This document shows positions 29,504 through 39,861 of a DNA stretch of 53,986 nt, piece by piece. The translations under genes and the position numbers were made by a program. The first letter of the stretch is position 1. The number at the start of each line of letters is the position of its first letter. The notes under the pieces are model-generated. The model saw nothing but the letters and a program-made list of their open reading frames with translations. It did no database searches and was not told where the DNA came from. This DNA is from a virus (lineage: Duplodnaviria > Caudoviricetes). The stretch lies in the IMG/VR virus record IMGVR_UViG_3300042311_001046, positions 1-53,986 of that record. One strand, given 5' to 3'.

Positions 29504-30307
29504 ATGGAAACGAATTTTAATATCTCAATTATATTACCTGTAAACTCATCAAAGGTTAAAGATTTTAGTGACTTTTTTGGAAAGGCAGTTGAATCAGTTA
29601 AAAATCAATTAGTTAAAGTAAATGAACTTGTAATTGTTCATACAGATGAAGAAGCTTTAATTGAATTTTTAAATGGTTTTGATTTTTCTGATTTGAATGT
29701 TAAAAAAGTTTTAAACACTGGTAAGTCGGATTACGCATCTCAAATTAATTTGGGAGTTAAAGAAAGTAGTTCTGCATGGGTTTCTTTTTTTGAATTTGAT
29801 GATGAGTACTCTCAAATTTGGATTAAAAATGTTCAAAAATATTCAGAGATTTACTCAGATGTAGAAGCATTTTTACCTATTGTTGTCGATGTTAATGATA
29901 AATCTGTATTTGCAGGTTTCACAAACGAGGCCACATTTGCCGCAAGTTTTGCGCAAGAAATGGGAATCCTCACAAATGAGATGCTCCACAACTATCAGAA
30001 TTTCCAAAGCTCCGGAATGGTAATTAAAAAGTCAGTGATTGAGTCTTTCGGAGGATTTAAAGAGAGTATAAAACTAACTTTTGTTTACGAATTTTTACTT
30101 AGAATGACTTATAACTCTGTTAAAATGATGACTATACCAAAAATTGGTTACAAGCACATGAATATGAGACCTGAGTCAATATTTTGGGATTTAAAATTTG
30201 GTAATGATAAATTGACTGAAAACGAAAGTAAGTTTTGGATTTCTACCTCAAAGAAAGAGTATTTTTTTGTTGACGATAGAAACATAAAATACACAGAAAC
30301 AGTTTAA
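29504..30307 (+). CDS. Glycosyltransferase family 2-like
   Basis: ISIILPV, INLGV..S..WVSFFEFDD, FGGFKE, EFLLR. Confidence 0.8.
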   Translation: METNFNISIILPVNSSKVKDFSDFFGKAVESVKNQLVKVNELVIVHTDEEALIEFLNGFDFSDLNVKKVLNTGKSDYASQINLGVKESSSAWVSFFEFDDEYSQIWIKNVQKYSEIYSDVEAFLPIVVDVNDKSVFAGFTNEATFAASFAQEMGILTNEMLHNYQNFQSSGMVIKKSVIESFGGFKESIKLTFVYEFLLRMTYNSVKMMTIPKIGYKHMNMRPESIFWDLKFGNDKLTENESKFWISTSKKEYFFVDDRNIKYTETV

Positions 30308-31053
30308 TGTCCCCAAATGGAGAGTCTAACCCAAATAAAATAATTAAAACTAAAAAGGGAAAAAGCTCCCAAGGTGAGAATTATTTTGATGTAAGAGAAG
30401 AGATGGCGGTGAGGATGTTCCTCACCGCAACTACTTATGATGAAAAAAATAAGATTTATAACGAATATCTTAGATATCCATTAGATAAAATGATTTCATC
30501 AATTATTCGTCGTTACAAACTTTACAGAAAAGATATGGATTTTTTAGAAATCCATACAGATACGCATTCTTTTTTAATGACAAAAGTAGACAAATTTGTG
30601 CCGAGTAAAGAAAAAAAGGCTTACTCATATTTTGGTACAATTTGCAAGAATTATTTGATGGGTCAGATACTCAAAGACCAAAAAGAATTTAATAGAAAAA
30701 TTTCATATGAAGATATATCGTCAGATTTAGAAAATAATATCAATATGACATATTATATTGATATTGAGCCAGAAAAAACTGATAACATTATTCCTAATTT
30801 AATTAAATCAATTAAAGATATACTTGAATCTGAGGACCTAAATGAAAATGAATATAAATTAGGTTTAGCATTAAGTGATATTTTTGATAAGTATGAAATT
30901 ATATTCCCCGCAACAGACAATAATAAATTCAATAAGAATTTTATTTTGTTATCATTAAGGGAAATTACTAATATGTCAACTAAAGAAATTAGGTCGTCTA
31001 TGAAAAAGTTTAAAAAGATTTATTTGGGTTTAATCTCACCAGACGAATCATAA
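30307..31053 (+). CDS. Phage sigma factor (T4 gp55-like late sigma)
   Basis: Region-2-like KVDKFVPSKEKKAYSYFGTICKNYL; short length; located at the boundary with the structural genes. Confidence 0.7.
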   Translation: MSPNGESNPNKIIKTKKGKSSQGENYFDVREEMAVRMFLTATTYDEKNKIYNEYLRYPLDKMISSIIRRYKLYRKDMDFLEIHTDTHSFLMTKVDKFVPSKEKKAYSYFGTICKNYLMGQILKDQKEFNRKISYEDISSDLENNINMTYYIDIEPEKTDNIIPNLIKSIKDILESEDLNENEYKLGLALSDIFDKYEIIFPATDNNKFNKNFILLSLREITNMSTKEIRSSMKKFKKIYLGLISPDES

Positions 31054-31077
31054 ATAATAAATTTTATATTTATTGTT

Positions 31078-31440
31078 ATGGCAAAACCAAAAAGAAAAGA
31101 AATTAATTTTACTAAAGATTCAATCCTGACATTAATGCAGGAAATCTATAATGAATTAGTTGAGCAAAGGTCAACAGCAATTAGAATTCAAAATAAAATG
31201 ATTTCTATGATGAAAGAACCTGAAGATATGACCGTAATTGGCCCTGTGATTGAAAAACAACAAAAAATTATAAACGATTGTGTTGAAAAAAAATTAAGTC
31301 TTTCTAAACTTCAGTCGGGAATTTGGGAAAAACAAAATTCTAGAGAGGAGGTTTTTGATATTACTGAAATGGACGAATCTATTTTACAGGGTCTGATTGA
31401 GAAAGACATACAATCAGGTGAAGAAAAGTTTGAATTATAA
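31078..31440 (+). CDS. Hypothetical helical protein
   Basis: 120-aa ORF preceded by TATTTAT. Confidence 0.75.
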   Translation: MAKPKRKEINFTKDSILTLMQEIYNELVEQRSTAIRIQNKMISMMKEPEDMTVIGPVIEKQQKIINDCVEKKLSLSKLQSGIWEKQNSREEVFDITEMDESILQGLIEKDIQSGEEKFEL

Positions 31441-33341
31441 TGGCATTAGACTTAGATAATAGTTACAAAAAATCACAAGATAAACTAAGAGCTTTAAAAA
31501 CTTTTAGTGAGGTGAAGTCTGGAGTTAATAAAGCTATTGCTCAGACTGAAACTAATACTACACCTAATTTTGATTTATCGTCATTTAATTTAGATGAGGC
31601 GGAAATACAAAGACAAATCAAAAAGAAGATGGAATCACAATTTGACCAGCTTCTTAAATTGGTTCAGTCAAATAGAGGTTCGGGGCCGGCAACTGGACAA
31701 TTTTTAATAAAAAAATTCGTACAGGCCATAAAAATTCTTAATAAAAAATTACCCGACATTTTAGCGAGAGAAATCATAAAGGCCTTAGGTTGTGATTTTG
31801 AACAAACATTTACAGGTGGTCAAGAAGTTTGGGTAAAAATGAAATCAATAGATTTATCCAAACTTTTGTTTGTAAATCCTGATTCGAAAGTAGGTAGATT
31901 AAAATATGAGAGGACCCCATATACCACCACTAATATTCCGAGTTCTATTAATAGAATGTTATATGAAAGAACTCAAAATGAAGGAGAATCTTTATCTGCT
32001 GCATATGGGTCACCATTATTAGGTAACTCTACTAATCCGTTATTTGATATCACATATGAACAAGTATATTTAACGGATGTTACAGGATGGTTCAGGGTTA
32101 ATTTGAGCAACAGACCAGGGGTTGCACCTGGCTCACAAATAAAAGTTTCCGAATTTTTAACAGACTATTATAAAACAATAAAAGTTTTAGACTTTAAGGC
32201 ACTTACAGCTGCATTATTGGATTTAGTGTTGGGGGCAGTATCCATAAAATTAAGAATGGCACAAGGTACTATAGACGACTCTACTCGATTTGGATTGTTA
32301 GTACAAAGAATTTTAGGAATGTGTTTTGACGAGGGGGACGAAATCTCAATCGCCGGACAAGCAAAAACACCAGAACTTGATGATACAACTGACACTTTTT
32401 TCGAAATGACAGATGTTGATTTCGGTATAATTGAACAGCGTACATCTCAAATATTAAAGGGAGTTGTTTCATTTGAAACCTGTGATAATGTAGAACTACC
32501 TGTTGATGCCGAGGTGATTTTAGACTTAATTGAAGAAAATTTAAACAAATTTGAGGAAGGTGAAGGTTTAGAAGAAACTCTAAATGCAATATCAACTTAC
32601 TTATCGAACGACCCAAATTGGTCATTAGCATTTCCTTTCCCTGACCAACTAAAAATTACCTTAGATTTTAGTTTTATAAAACAACTACCTCAAGCAGTTG
32701 TTTCATGTGGGTTAGGTCCAAAGGTAATATTGCCTTTTATGATTATGATTAAAGCTTTAGGAATACCTTATGATGAAGATTCTACAGGACTTGCCAATTT
32801 TATAAGGAAAAACAGAGCTCTGATGAATCAACTAATTTCACAAATTGGAGCCGAATTTGTAAGAATACTTTTTGAGGAAATAAAAAAAGATATAAGAAAT
32901 CTAATAAGAGCTATTATCACGGATATTAGTAAAGATGAGAGTGGTACTACAGCGGCTATGATTGATAAATTAATTAGTATTGCACTTATAGTGGTAACAA
33001 TCATAAAAGATTATCGAAGATGTAAAAGTGTAATAGATTCAATATTGGCACTTTTAAACTTTATACCATTAAAAAGGCCAAGTATTCCAATACCATTATT
33101 ACAATTCTCAGCCTTACTTCCTGGTTATTCCCCTAATAAAGCCTTCATTAATGCAATAGAAAAAATGCAACAACTAGGTTTACCAACAGGGCCATTACCA
33201 GATGGAAGTCCTAACTTGGGATTACAAGCAATATACTCACAGATGAAAGGGGCAGATACTGAACAAAAAGAAAATGGAAAATTAGAACTTACTGTGACAA
33301 CTCCATTTGGAGTATTTAAAGGAAACGGAAAATCAGTTTAA
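31440..33341 (+). CDS. Hypothetical protein, probably structural (baseplate/tail region)
   Basis: 633-aa ORF, TAATG-coupled, upstream of the spike gene. Confidence 0.7.
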   Translation: MALDLDNSYKKSQDKLRALKTFSEVKSGVNKAIAQTETNTTPNFDLSSFNLDEAEIQRQIKKKMESQFDQLLKLVQSNRGSGPATGQFLIKKFVQAIKILNKKLPDILAREIIKALGCDFEQTFTGGQEVWVKMKSIDLSKLLFVNPDSKVGRLKYERTPYTTTNIPSSINRMLYERTQNEGESLSAAYGSPLLGNSTNPLFDITYEQVYLTDVTGWFRVNLSNRPGVAPGSQIKVSEFLTDYYKTIKVLDFKALTAALLDLVLGAVSIKLRMAQGTIDDSTRFGLLVQRILGMCFDEGDEISIAGQAKTPELDDTTDTFFEMTDVDFGIIEQRTSQILKGVVSFETCDNVELPVDAEVILDLIEENLNKFEEGEGLEETLNAISTYLSNDPNWSLAFPFPDQLKITLDFSFIKQLPQAVVSCGLGPKVILPFMIMIKALGIPYDEDSTGLANFIRKNRALMNQLISQIGAEFVRILFEEIKKDIRNLIRAIITDISKDESGTTAAMIDKLISIALIVVTIIKDYRRCKSVIDSILALLNFIPLKRPSIPIPLLQFSALLPGYSPNKAFINAIEKMQQLGLPTGPLPDGSPNLGLQAIYSQMKGADTEQKENGKLELTVTTPFGVFKGNGKSV

Positions 33342-33342
33342 A

Positions 33343-33537
33343 ATGAAAGAAGAAGTTTTAGAAATAATAAAAGATTTTAAAAATAGACCTAGTAAAGATT
33401 TAATAAAGGCCATGGATTTACTAAGTCAAGATTTTGAGTATACTAAAAATACTGTAATAGAATTGACTAAACATTTAGATAAACTAGAGTATACATATAA
33501 TCAAATATTAAAAGAATTTAATGGTAGGAAAAGCTAA
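33343..33537 (+). CDS. Small coiled-coil hypothetical protein
   Basis: ATG at 33343, right after the upstream stop. Confidence 0.65.
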   Translation: MKEEVLEIIKDFKNRPSKDLIKAMDLLSQDFEYTKNTVIELTKHLDKLEYTYNQILKEFNGRKS

Positions 33538-35164
33538 ACTATTTTACTACGGTATAGTAATTGACAATCAGGACATTTATGGACTTAATAGGGTAAGAGT
33601 TTTTCCCGAAACAGAGGATGCCATAAGATTAATTTTGAAAAAAACTAAACCTGAACTTTTAGATAACATTGAAAGTCCTACAGATATTATAGAGGAAGCT
33701 TGGTATACACTAAATGACCCTTTTGCCTTTTACCCCTTATTACCACCTTATCTAAGTTTTATCCCCAAAATAGGTGAAATGGTTTGGGTCGTGTATTCAA
33801 TGCTCGGGGACAAACAACAGAGGAAAGAACAGTTTTATATACCAGGCCCAAAAACAAGTCCATTTAATATTGCTTTTGAGGAATATAATAACTCCAAGGT
33901 AAACACATCACAAGGTTTTAATACTAGAATAAAACCACCTCTTAAATCAGTTACAATTAATGGCCCTGGATTAAAACCTTGGTCTCCTACTCATTTATAC
34001 GGTATTTGGGCCGAGCCAGGTGATAATGCAATTTACGGTCAAGGTACGACAGATTTAATTTTAAAACGTGATGAAATTTTACTAAGGGCGGGTAAAAAAT
34101 CTACCATGCAACCTAATGACATTCCAAATGATGAAGACAAGAGGAATTTAAATTTAGGATTTTTACAAATTTCTAATTATAGAACTAAACCATTTACTTT
34201 AGCGGAGGAAAGTACCACAACAGATGAAATTGACGAATCTCCTTTAAAATTTTTAATAGAATACGAATTGATAAATCCTGAAAATGCTCAAGATGTATAT
34301 AGTGGTATAATAACATTGTTAGAAATTTCTAAGGCGGCTGAAAAAAACAATAAATTTACTGCGGGTACTCCAGTGAACCCAAATAATGTAAATCAATATT
34401 GGAGTTATCAATTTAATCTTGAACCTATGACAAATGTTGTTAGAATAATTAACGATGTTATTAATGGTTTAAATAAAGGAAAGATTGTAATATCAGGAAC
34501 TACTACCAGTCCTGAATCAACTCTTATATTATGTGACGATGTTGACGCAAATGGTGAATGCGGATATTGTGGAAGATGTTTTCCATTTTACTACCGACCC
34601 ACAGCTAGAATGAGGACAATATTAGGAAAATTACCTGATTTTGCAGATAATCCCTACGCATACGCTGAACTATACAGTGTTAGTAGTATGGTTACACAAG
34701 TAAGGTTTACATACGCATTTTTAGATGTAAATGGTGACGGGCTAGTGTCAAAAAAAGACAAGTTTGGACCATCAAAAAAGAAAAAGAAATATAAAAATAT
34801 ACCACAAGTTTCTGAAGTTAAACCAAACAGTGTTTCTATTTTAGGTAGTAACAAAATAATTTTATATTCACAAGATTCTCAAATTGATGACAAAAAAATA
34901 AATTTAAGTGGAGATTCAATATATGGACTTAGTCAAAATACAATTTTTAAAGAAGTATTACCTAAAACAGACGCAATGGTAAGAGGAGATAAACTAAAAG
35001 AATTTTTGACTCTTCTTATGAGATTTACGTTAACCCACTGCCACGCATATCACGGATTACCTCCAAATCCTACATCATTTTCACAAGTTGAAATTGCTCA
35101 AATTGAACAAGAGTTTCTAAACTATGATTCTAAAGTATTAAATCAAAACATTCGAATTAATTGA
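33521..35164 (+). CDS. Baseplate central spike/hub (gp5/gpV-like)
   Basis: N-terminal OB-fold pattern GIVIDNQD..GLNRVRV...PLLP...PKIGEMVWV; C-terminal HCH (HxH metal-binding tip). Confidence 0.7.
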   Translation: MVGKAKLFYYGIVIDNQDIYGLNRVRVFPETEDAIRLILKKTKPELLDNIESPTDIIEEAWYTLNDPFAFYPLLPPYLSFIPKIGEMVWVVYSMLGDKQQRKEQFYIPGPKTSPFNIAFEEYNNSKVNTSQGFNTRIKPPLKSVTINGPGLKPWSPTHLYGIWAEPGDNAIYGQGTTDLILKRDEILLRAGKKSTMQPNDIPNDEDKRNLNLGFLQISNYRTKPFTLAEESTTTDEIDESPLKFLIEYELINPENAQDVYSGIITLLEISKAAEKNNKFTAGTPVNPNNVNQYWSYQFNLEPMTNVVRIINDVINGLNKGKIVISGTTTSPESTLILCDDVDANGECGYCGRCFPFYYRPTARMRTILGKLPDFADNPYAYAELYSVSSMVTQVRFTYAFLDVNGDGLVSKKDKFGPSKKKKKYKNIPQVSEVKPNSVSILGSNKIILYSQDSQIDDKKINLSGDSIYGLSQNTIFKEVLPKTDAMVRGDKLKEFLTLLMRFTLTHCHAYHGLPPNPTSFSQVEIAQIEQEFLNYDSKVLNQNIRIN

Positions 35165-35183
35165 TATTTATCTATAAAAGATA

Positions 35184-36662
35184 ATGTCAGTACATTTTTC
35201 ATATTTTAGTAGAAATAATACATTACTCTCCGGGAGTTACACAAACACCGGAAGAGCTCCGTATACTCAGTTATATTTTGGAGCGTCTCTCGACACATTA
35301 GCCAATTCAGCATATAGTAGATTTATTTTTGATTTTGATTTAACTGATTTAATTCAAAAATTCTCAGACGGTACCATATCCACAGGATGTACAGGATTTA
35401 GTGGTATTACTCATAAATTAAAAATGATTAATACGTCTTCTTTTGATAGAGCACAATTAAGAGCCACTTCATTTGATTTAAACTTAATTAGAATACCTCT
35501 AACATCAGGCGATACAGGAACAGTACAATCTTGGGATGAAGGTGTTGGTTATGATTATTATGACGTTAAAAAAACAATAAATACCCAATTTGCACAGCTT
35601 TCCCCAACAAATTTTACAGATGACCTTTCACTGTCTAATAGACCGTCAAACTTTTACGAAAGAACCACTTTATATACTTGGAGCGAACCTGGTATCTACT
35701 CAAATATTAATACAGGAGTTACCCCATTTTCATCAATGACAATAATTGACACCCAACATTTTGAGGAGGGTAATGAAAATCTTGAGTTTGATATGACAAG
35801 TGAAATTAATTCAATTATTGAGGGTACAATTACCGGAAATACTGGATGGATTATATCATTCCCTCCTGAGCTTGAATTAATCACGGGTCTTACTGAAAAC
35901 TACTCTGTTGGATTTTTTAGTCGGAACACTCAAACTTTTTACGAGCCTTATTTGGAAACAACTTATGATGATTTAATCGAGGACGATAGAAATACTTTTT
36001 ACAAGAATAGAATAAATAAACTATACCTTTATTCGTATATCGATGGTGATTTAGTTAATTTAGACACACCTCCATCTACAATAATTGTTGACTCATCTGA
36101 TAATATAATCCAAGGGCCAATTACTTCTTGTTTAAAAACAAAAGGAGTTTACGAGATAACAATATCGGCAATCACATCCACAACACTTGCAACTAATTGT
36201 ACACTATATGATATATGGTCAGGAATAACTTATAATGGAGTTACTCTTGATAATATCACAAATCAACTTGTACTTTTACCATATAACAAATCAATACAAC
36301 TCGGACCTGATAGTCAAGACCCAATACTTTATGGTTTTGATTATTATGGTATTAAACAAGATGAAAAAATAATCAATACCGACATAAGGAAAGTTGGGGT
36401 TATTGTTAAGAAAGCATATTCTACAAATGAATCTATACAAAGAATAAATGTATATTATAGAATATACGTTAAAGAAGGCCAAACTGAAGTTGATGTCCAA
36501 GAATGGACAAAAGTGAATAGGTCGTATAATCAATACTATTTCTTGTTTGACACAAGAGACAAACTTCCAAACGAATATTACATCGATTTAAAAGTATATT
36601 CTGATGGAACCGCAAATACTTATAAAAAACAAATTAAATTCCAAATAGTTAATAGGAAATGA
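35184..36662 (+). CDS. Beta-rich putative virion structural protein
   Basis: SRFIFDFD, SWDEGVG and FYEPYLE motifs; Ig-like C-terminus; preceded by TATTTAT. Confidence 0.65.
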   Translation: MSVHFSYFSRNNTLLSGSYTNTGRAPYTQLYFGASLDTLANSAYSRFIFDFDLTDLIQKFSDGTISTGCTGFSGITHKLKMINTSSFDRAQLRATSFDLNLIRIPLTSGDTGTVQSWDEGVGYDYYDVKKTINTQFAQLSPTNFTDDLSLSNRPSNFYERTTLYTWSEPGIYSNINTGVTPFSSMTIIDTQHFEEGNENLEFDMTSEINSIIEGTITGNTGWIISFPPELELITGLTENYSVGFFSRNTQTFYEPYLETTYDDLIEDDRNTFYKNRINKLYLYSYIDGDLVNLDTPPSTIIVDSSDNIIQGPITSCLKTKGVYEITISAITSTTLATNCTLYDIWSGITYNGVTLDNITNQLVLLPYNKSIQLGPDSQDPILYGFDYYGIKQDEKIINTDIRKVGVIVKKAYSTNESIQRINVYYRIYVKEGQTEVDVQEWTKVNRSYNQYYFLFDTRDKLPNEYYIDLKVYSDGTANTYKKQIKFQIVNRK

Positions 36663-37156
36663 AAAAAATAACATTAACAGAATCACAATTAGTGTCTTTA
36701 ATCCAAAGAATGGTTAATGAAGCCATGTCAGATATAGATATAATTCTTGATAAAATAAGCCAAGAAGGTATGGAATCTTTAACTCAACAAGAAAAAGAAT
36801 ATTTAAGACATTATTCAACAACAGGAGAATATATGGATATTGAGGATGAAGATGAAATGGAGACTTCATTTGAAGGTGAAACATTTAAAGACAGAATAAA
36901 AGACGCACCTGTTAGTTTCACATATGAAGTAACTGAAGAAACAGATAAGGGTATTATACACGCAGGATATTTTACAATCTATGAAGATGAATACTATGGT
37001 GAAATTTTCTGTGATGGTGACGGAACATTTATGTTTGCCAATTTTGAATCACCTGAAGGAACTGAGCTATTTGAAGACTATAATGAAATACAAGGAGAAT
37101 TGGAAATGTTTCTCCAAAATGTTTGTGAAAACCTAAAATCAGACCCAACAACTTAA
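36659..37156 (+). CDS. Acidic protein with a DUF6576-like helical motif; putative internal head protein
   Basis: Leader MKKITLTESQL..IQRMVNE; IDIILDKISQEGMESLTQQEKEYL. Confidence 0.65.
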   Translation: MKKITLTESQLVSLIQRMVNEAMSDIDIILDKISQEGMESLTQQEKEYLRHYSTTGEYMDIEDEDEMETSFEGETFKDRIKDAPVSFTYEVTEETDKGIIHAGYFTIYEDEYYGEIFCDGDGTFMFANFESPEGTELFEDYNEIQGELEMFLQNVCENLKSDPTT

Positions 37157-37160
37157 AAAA

Positions 37161-37634
37161 ATGAGAAATATAGATAGTTTAATTAGAAAAGTTATTAAAG
37201 AACAATCAGATAGATATATGTTCTTTTCAAACTTAGAACAAATGAGAAGACAATGTGACCTATTGTTAGATTTAGAACGTGATATGGTCGATTCAATACT
37301 TGACAACGGTCACGATTGGGCTCAGGACCATATTGCTGAAGCCAAAAACAATTTAGACCAAGTGTTTGATTTCTTAATGAATGAAACAAAAAAGGATGGT
37401 ATGGAATTATCTATGAATATTGATGATAAAGAAATGGTTATGTCGGAAGGTCGTAAAAAGACTGGAACAAAATTGTGTGCCAGAGGGTACGCAGCTGCCA
37501 AATCAAAATTCAAAGTTTTTCCCTCAGCATATAGCTCAGGCTACGGAGTTCAAGTCTGTAAAGGTAGAATGCCAGGATTAGATGGTAAAAAACGTTGTTC
37601 ACCACCATATTGTGGTTCAAAAAAGAAGAAGTAA
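37161..37634 (+). CDS. Putative internal head protein with a basic Cys-containing C-terminal domain
   Basis: Leader LIRKVIKE; AKSKFKVFPSAY motif of a kind seen in T4-like phage proteins. Confidence 0.6.
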   Translation: MRNIDSLIRKVIKEQSDRYMFFSNLEQMRRQCDLLLDLERDMVDSILDNGHDWAQDHIAEAKNNLDQVFDFLMNETKKDGMELSMNIDDKEMVMSEGRKKTGTKLCARGYAAAKSKFKVFPSAYSSGYGVQVCKGRMPGLDGKKRCSPPYCGSKKKK

Positions 37635-37661
37635 TAATTTTTTAGAACTAAAGTTTCGTAG

Positions 37662-37669
37662 TATATTTG
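37662..37669 (+). promoter_or_regulatory. Bacteroidota-type -7 promoter element
   Basis: TATATTTG (TAnnTTTG) 15 nt upstream of ATG 37685. Confidence 0.45.
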
Positions 37670-37684
37670 TAAAAAAATACCACT

Positions 37685-38131
37685 ATGAGATTCTTAAAAC
37701 GATTTTACCTTAAAATGCGATTAGCGTATCGCAAACAGTACTACACACAACAGAACCAAGAGAAGTACCAAAGAGCTCCACTCTTTATATGTATGAAATT
37801 ACTTAAAATTGAGGACTCTCTTTTACTTATCGCACCTGTTTCCGATGACAAGTACATATATAACGAAAGACTCGGTATATTGGTCTCTTTATTAGGTCAT
37901 CGAGGGTCTATTATCGATAGAACATATTCATACGATATTAACCTATCTAACAAAGATTGGGATAAATTGGATAAGTTGTTTTCTAATGAGATGCAAAAAC
38001 GCACCAAGAAGATTGAGGAACAAATTGTATCTAATGTAAAACACTCATTAGATAATATATACAAGAGAATAAATAAGGATATGAATAAATCTCCGATTAT
38101 GAATTTATCATCGGTTAGTGAACTTAATTAA
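37685..38131 (+). CDS. Hypothetical protein
   Basis: 148-aa ORF. Confidence 0.7.
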   Translation: MRFLKRFYLKMRLAYRKQYYTQQNQEKYQRAPLFICMKLLKIEDSLLLIAPVSDDKYIYNERLGILVSLLGHRGSIIDRTYSYDINLSNKDWDKLDKLFSNEMQKRTKKIEEQIVSNVKHSLDNIYKRINKDMNKSPIMNLSSVSELN

Positions 38132-38516
38132 AAATCTTTTTATGTAATTTCGGGTGGGATTTAATGAATTTTTTTGTTATCTCACCCGATTTTTCATTTG
38201 CAAAATCTTCGGCCTTACCACCAACTTCTTTTCTGTCTTTAATTTTAAGTTTTTGGTGGTCATAACAATGAGCCCATTCGTGAGATAAAGTTCTAAGAAT
38301 ATCGGCAAGCATTCTACCCTTAGATAAGACTTTAATCTCATTAGTTTTATTTTTAAATGACCCTGTTGTCATTTTACCCTTTCTTTCACTCAAAAATTTA
38401 ATTGTTAAATCTCCTGTAAGAGTGAGTTTTTCTTGCAGAAGAAGGATAAAACTTTTGATAATATCAATTTGATACTTTTCTAAAGTACCCTTTTCAAATT
38501 TCAGACAGAGTTTCAT
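38124..38516 (-). CDS. Small HExxH zinc metallopeptidase-like protein
   Basis: ILRTLSHEWAH with downstream E..AN. Confidence 0.7.
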   Translation of the reverse strand: MKLCLKFEKGTLEKYQIDIIKSFILLLQEKLTLTGDLTIKFLSERKGKMTTGSFKNKTNEIKVLSKGRMLADILRTLSHEWAHCYDHQKLKIKDRKEVGGKAEDFANEKSGEITKKFIKSHPKLHKKIFN

Positions 38517-39529
38517 TTGTTTTTTAAATGTTCTATCAAAGTTTTAATTATAATTGACTCGTTTTTACTTTTTTTCTTTGGTTTGTAAGAAGTCATTGTT
38601 GGGGCATTCCCTGTACCAGATTTTGGTTCTTTCTTTTCTGCTCTTCTTTTCTGACTACAAGCCGCACTTTTTTGTGTGTCTGTCATTTTAGCCGCAACTC
38701 CAACTGCTCTACATTTTGGGTATCCTTTAGAATCTGCCTCAGGTCTACCACATGGAGGGTGTCCACCACCTTCTTTTTTTCTACATATATTAACCCAAGG
38801 ACCTTTTGGTTGTTTACTACCTTTTGGTTTTTTCTTAGTTCCAAACCAAACCGCAAGGTCTTCTTTAATTGTATGGGTATCCTCTGTTTCTATATTATAA
38901 GTTCCGTCTTGACCCTTTTCCCACATGCCAACAGTTCTTTTTATATTATTTTTTAACTTACTTTTAATTTTTTTCTTATTAATTTCACTTTTAACTTGTT
39001 CAGTATATGCTCCCAACTCTGATTTTTTCCATTTTTTCATCCCTACCTCAATTGGTCCACTATATTCACCAGCAGAAATAGAAGTATCAGACTCATGAAT
39101 TTTAGTGAATGGTGCCGAATAATGCGATTCGTCTTTTATTCTTGGTTTTTTTCCTGACTTATCTCCTTTTTTTCTATAAGATGGTACTAAAACTTTAAAA
39201 GGAGCCTTTGTATACTCATCATCACCTTCAGCTGGTGCATCCTGTTTAAAATCATTATTTTGTATTTCTTTTGCTATTCTTTCTTTTTTTGAAATTTTGT
39301 TTTTCGGGGTAGATATATGGCCGTCAAGTGAATCGTAGTTTAATTCGGCATCAACATAATCGGAAATAGGATTAACAAATGGTTGTAAATCTTCAGGGTC
39401 CCAATAAGTAAGTCCCGGTCTAATAGGTGGTTTATATGAACCCCTAGCAATACCTGAACTTGTAACCTCATTTAATTTTTCAGCACCAATATATTTGGTA
39501 TATAATTCTAAAAAATTTGGTTTTGGCAT
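38513..39529 (-). CDS. Basic putative head protein
   Basis: EDLAVWF..WVNI..HPPCGR..YPKC motif of a kind seen in T4-like phages; internal repeat (SSGIARGSYKPPI / TSISAGEYSGPI), each copy following an xxE site. Confidence 0.65.
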   Translation of the reverse strand: MPKPNFLELYTKYIGAEKLNEVTSSGIARGSYKPPIRPGLTYWDPEDLQPFVNPISDYVDAELNYDSLDGHISTPKNKISKKERIAKEIQNNDFKQDAPAEGDDEYTKAPFKVLVPSYRKKGDKSGKKPRIKDESHYSAPFTKIHESDTSISAGEYSGPIEVGMKKWKKSELGAYTEQVKSEINKKKIKSKLKNNIKRTVGMWEKGQDGTYNIETEDTHTIKEDLAVWFGTKKKPKGSKQPKGPWVNICRKKEGGGHPPCGRPEADSKGYPKCRAVGVAAKMTDTQKSAACSQKRRAEKKEPKSGTGNAPTMTSYKPKKKSKNESIIIKTLIEHLKNK

Positions 39530-39565
39530 GATTTATAACTATATTTTTCTATAAATATCTTTTAG

Positions 39566-39817
39566 ATGGAAACAAACGCAGATTTACAAAAAGAATTGGA
39601 ACAAAAATTAGAAGAATTAACACCAAAAGGAGCTCTTTTTGAATCAATAACTTACTATAACGAAGAACAATTAAATTTGTTTTTGTCTAATATGACACAA
39701 GAACAGGCAATTTACTGTTTAGTTGAGGCGGTTAAAATTGCATACAGAAGAGGTTCATATAGTTTAGAGGAGTCTGAAGCAATCTCAAAATCTCTAAGGG
39801 TGATTGGTGGTCAATAA
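39566..39817 (+). CDS. Hypothetical protein
   Basis: 83-aa ORF ending at the bidirectional terminator. Confidence 0.7.
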   Translation: METNADLQKELEQKLEELTPKGALFESITYYNEEQLNLFLSNMTQEQAIYCLVEAVKIAYRRGSYSLEESEAISKSLRVIGGQ

Positions 39818-39842
39818 AAAAGGGGACCTAAGTCCCCTTTTT
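39816..39842. terminator. Bidirectional Rho-independent terminator
   Basis: AAAAAAGGGGAC-ctaa-GTCCCCTTTTT between convergent genes. Confidence 0.9.
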
Positions 39843-39861
39843 AATTTATTCATTAAATTGA

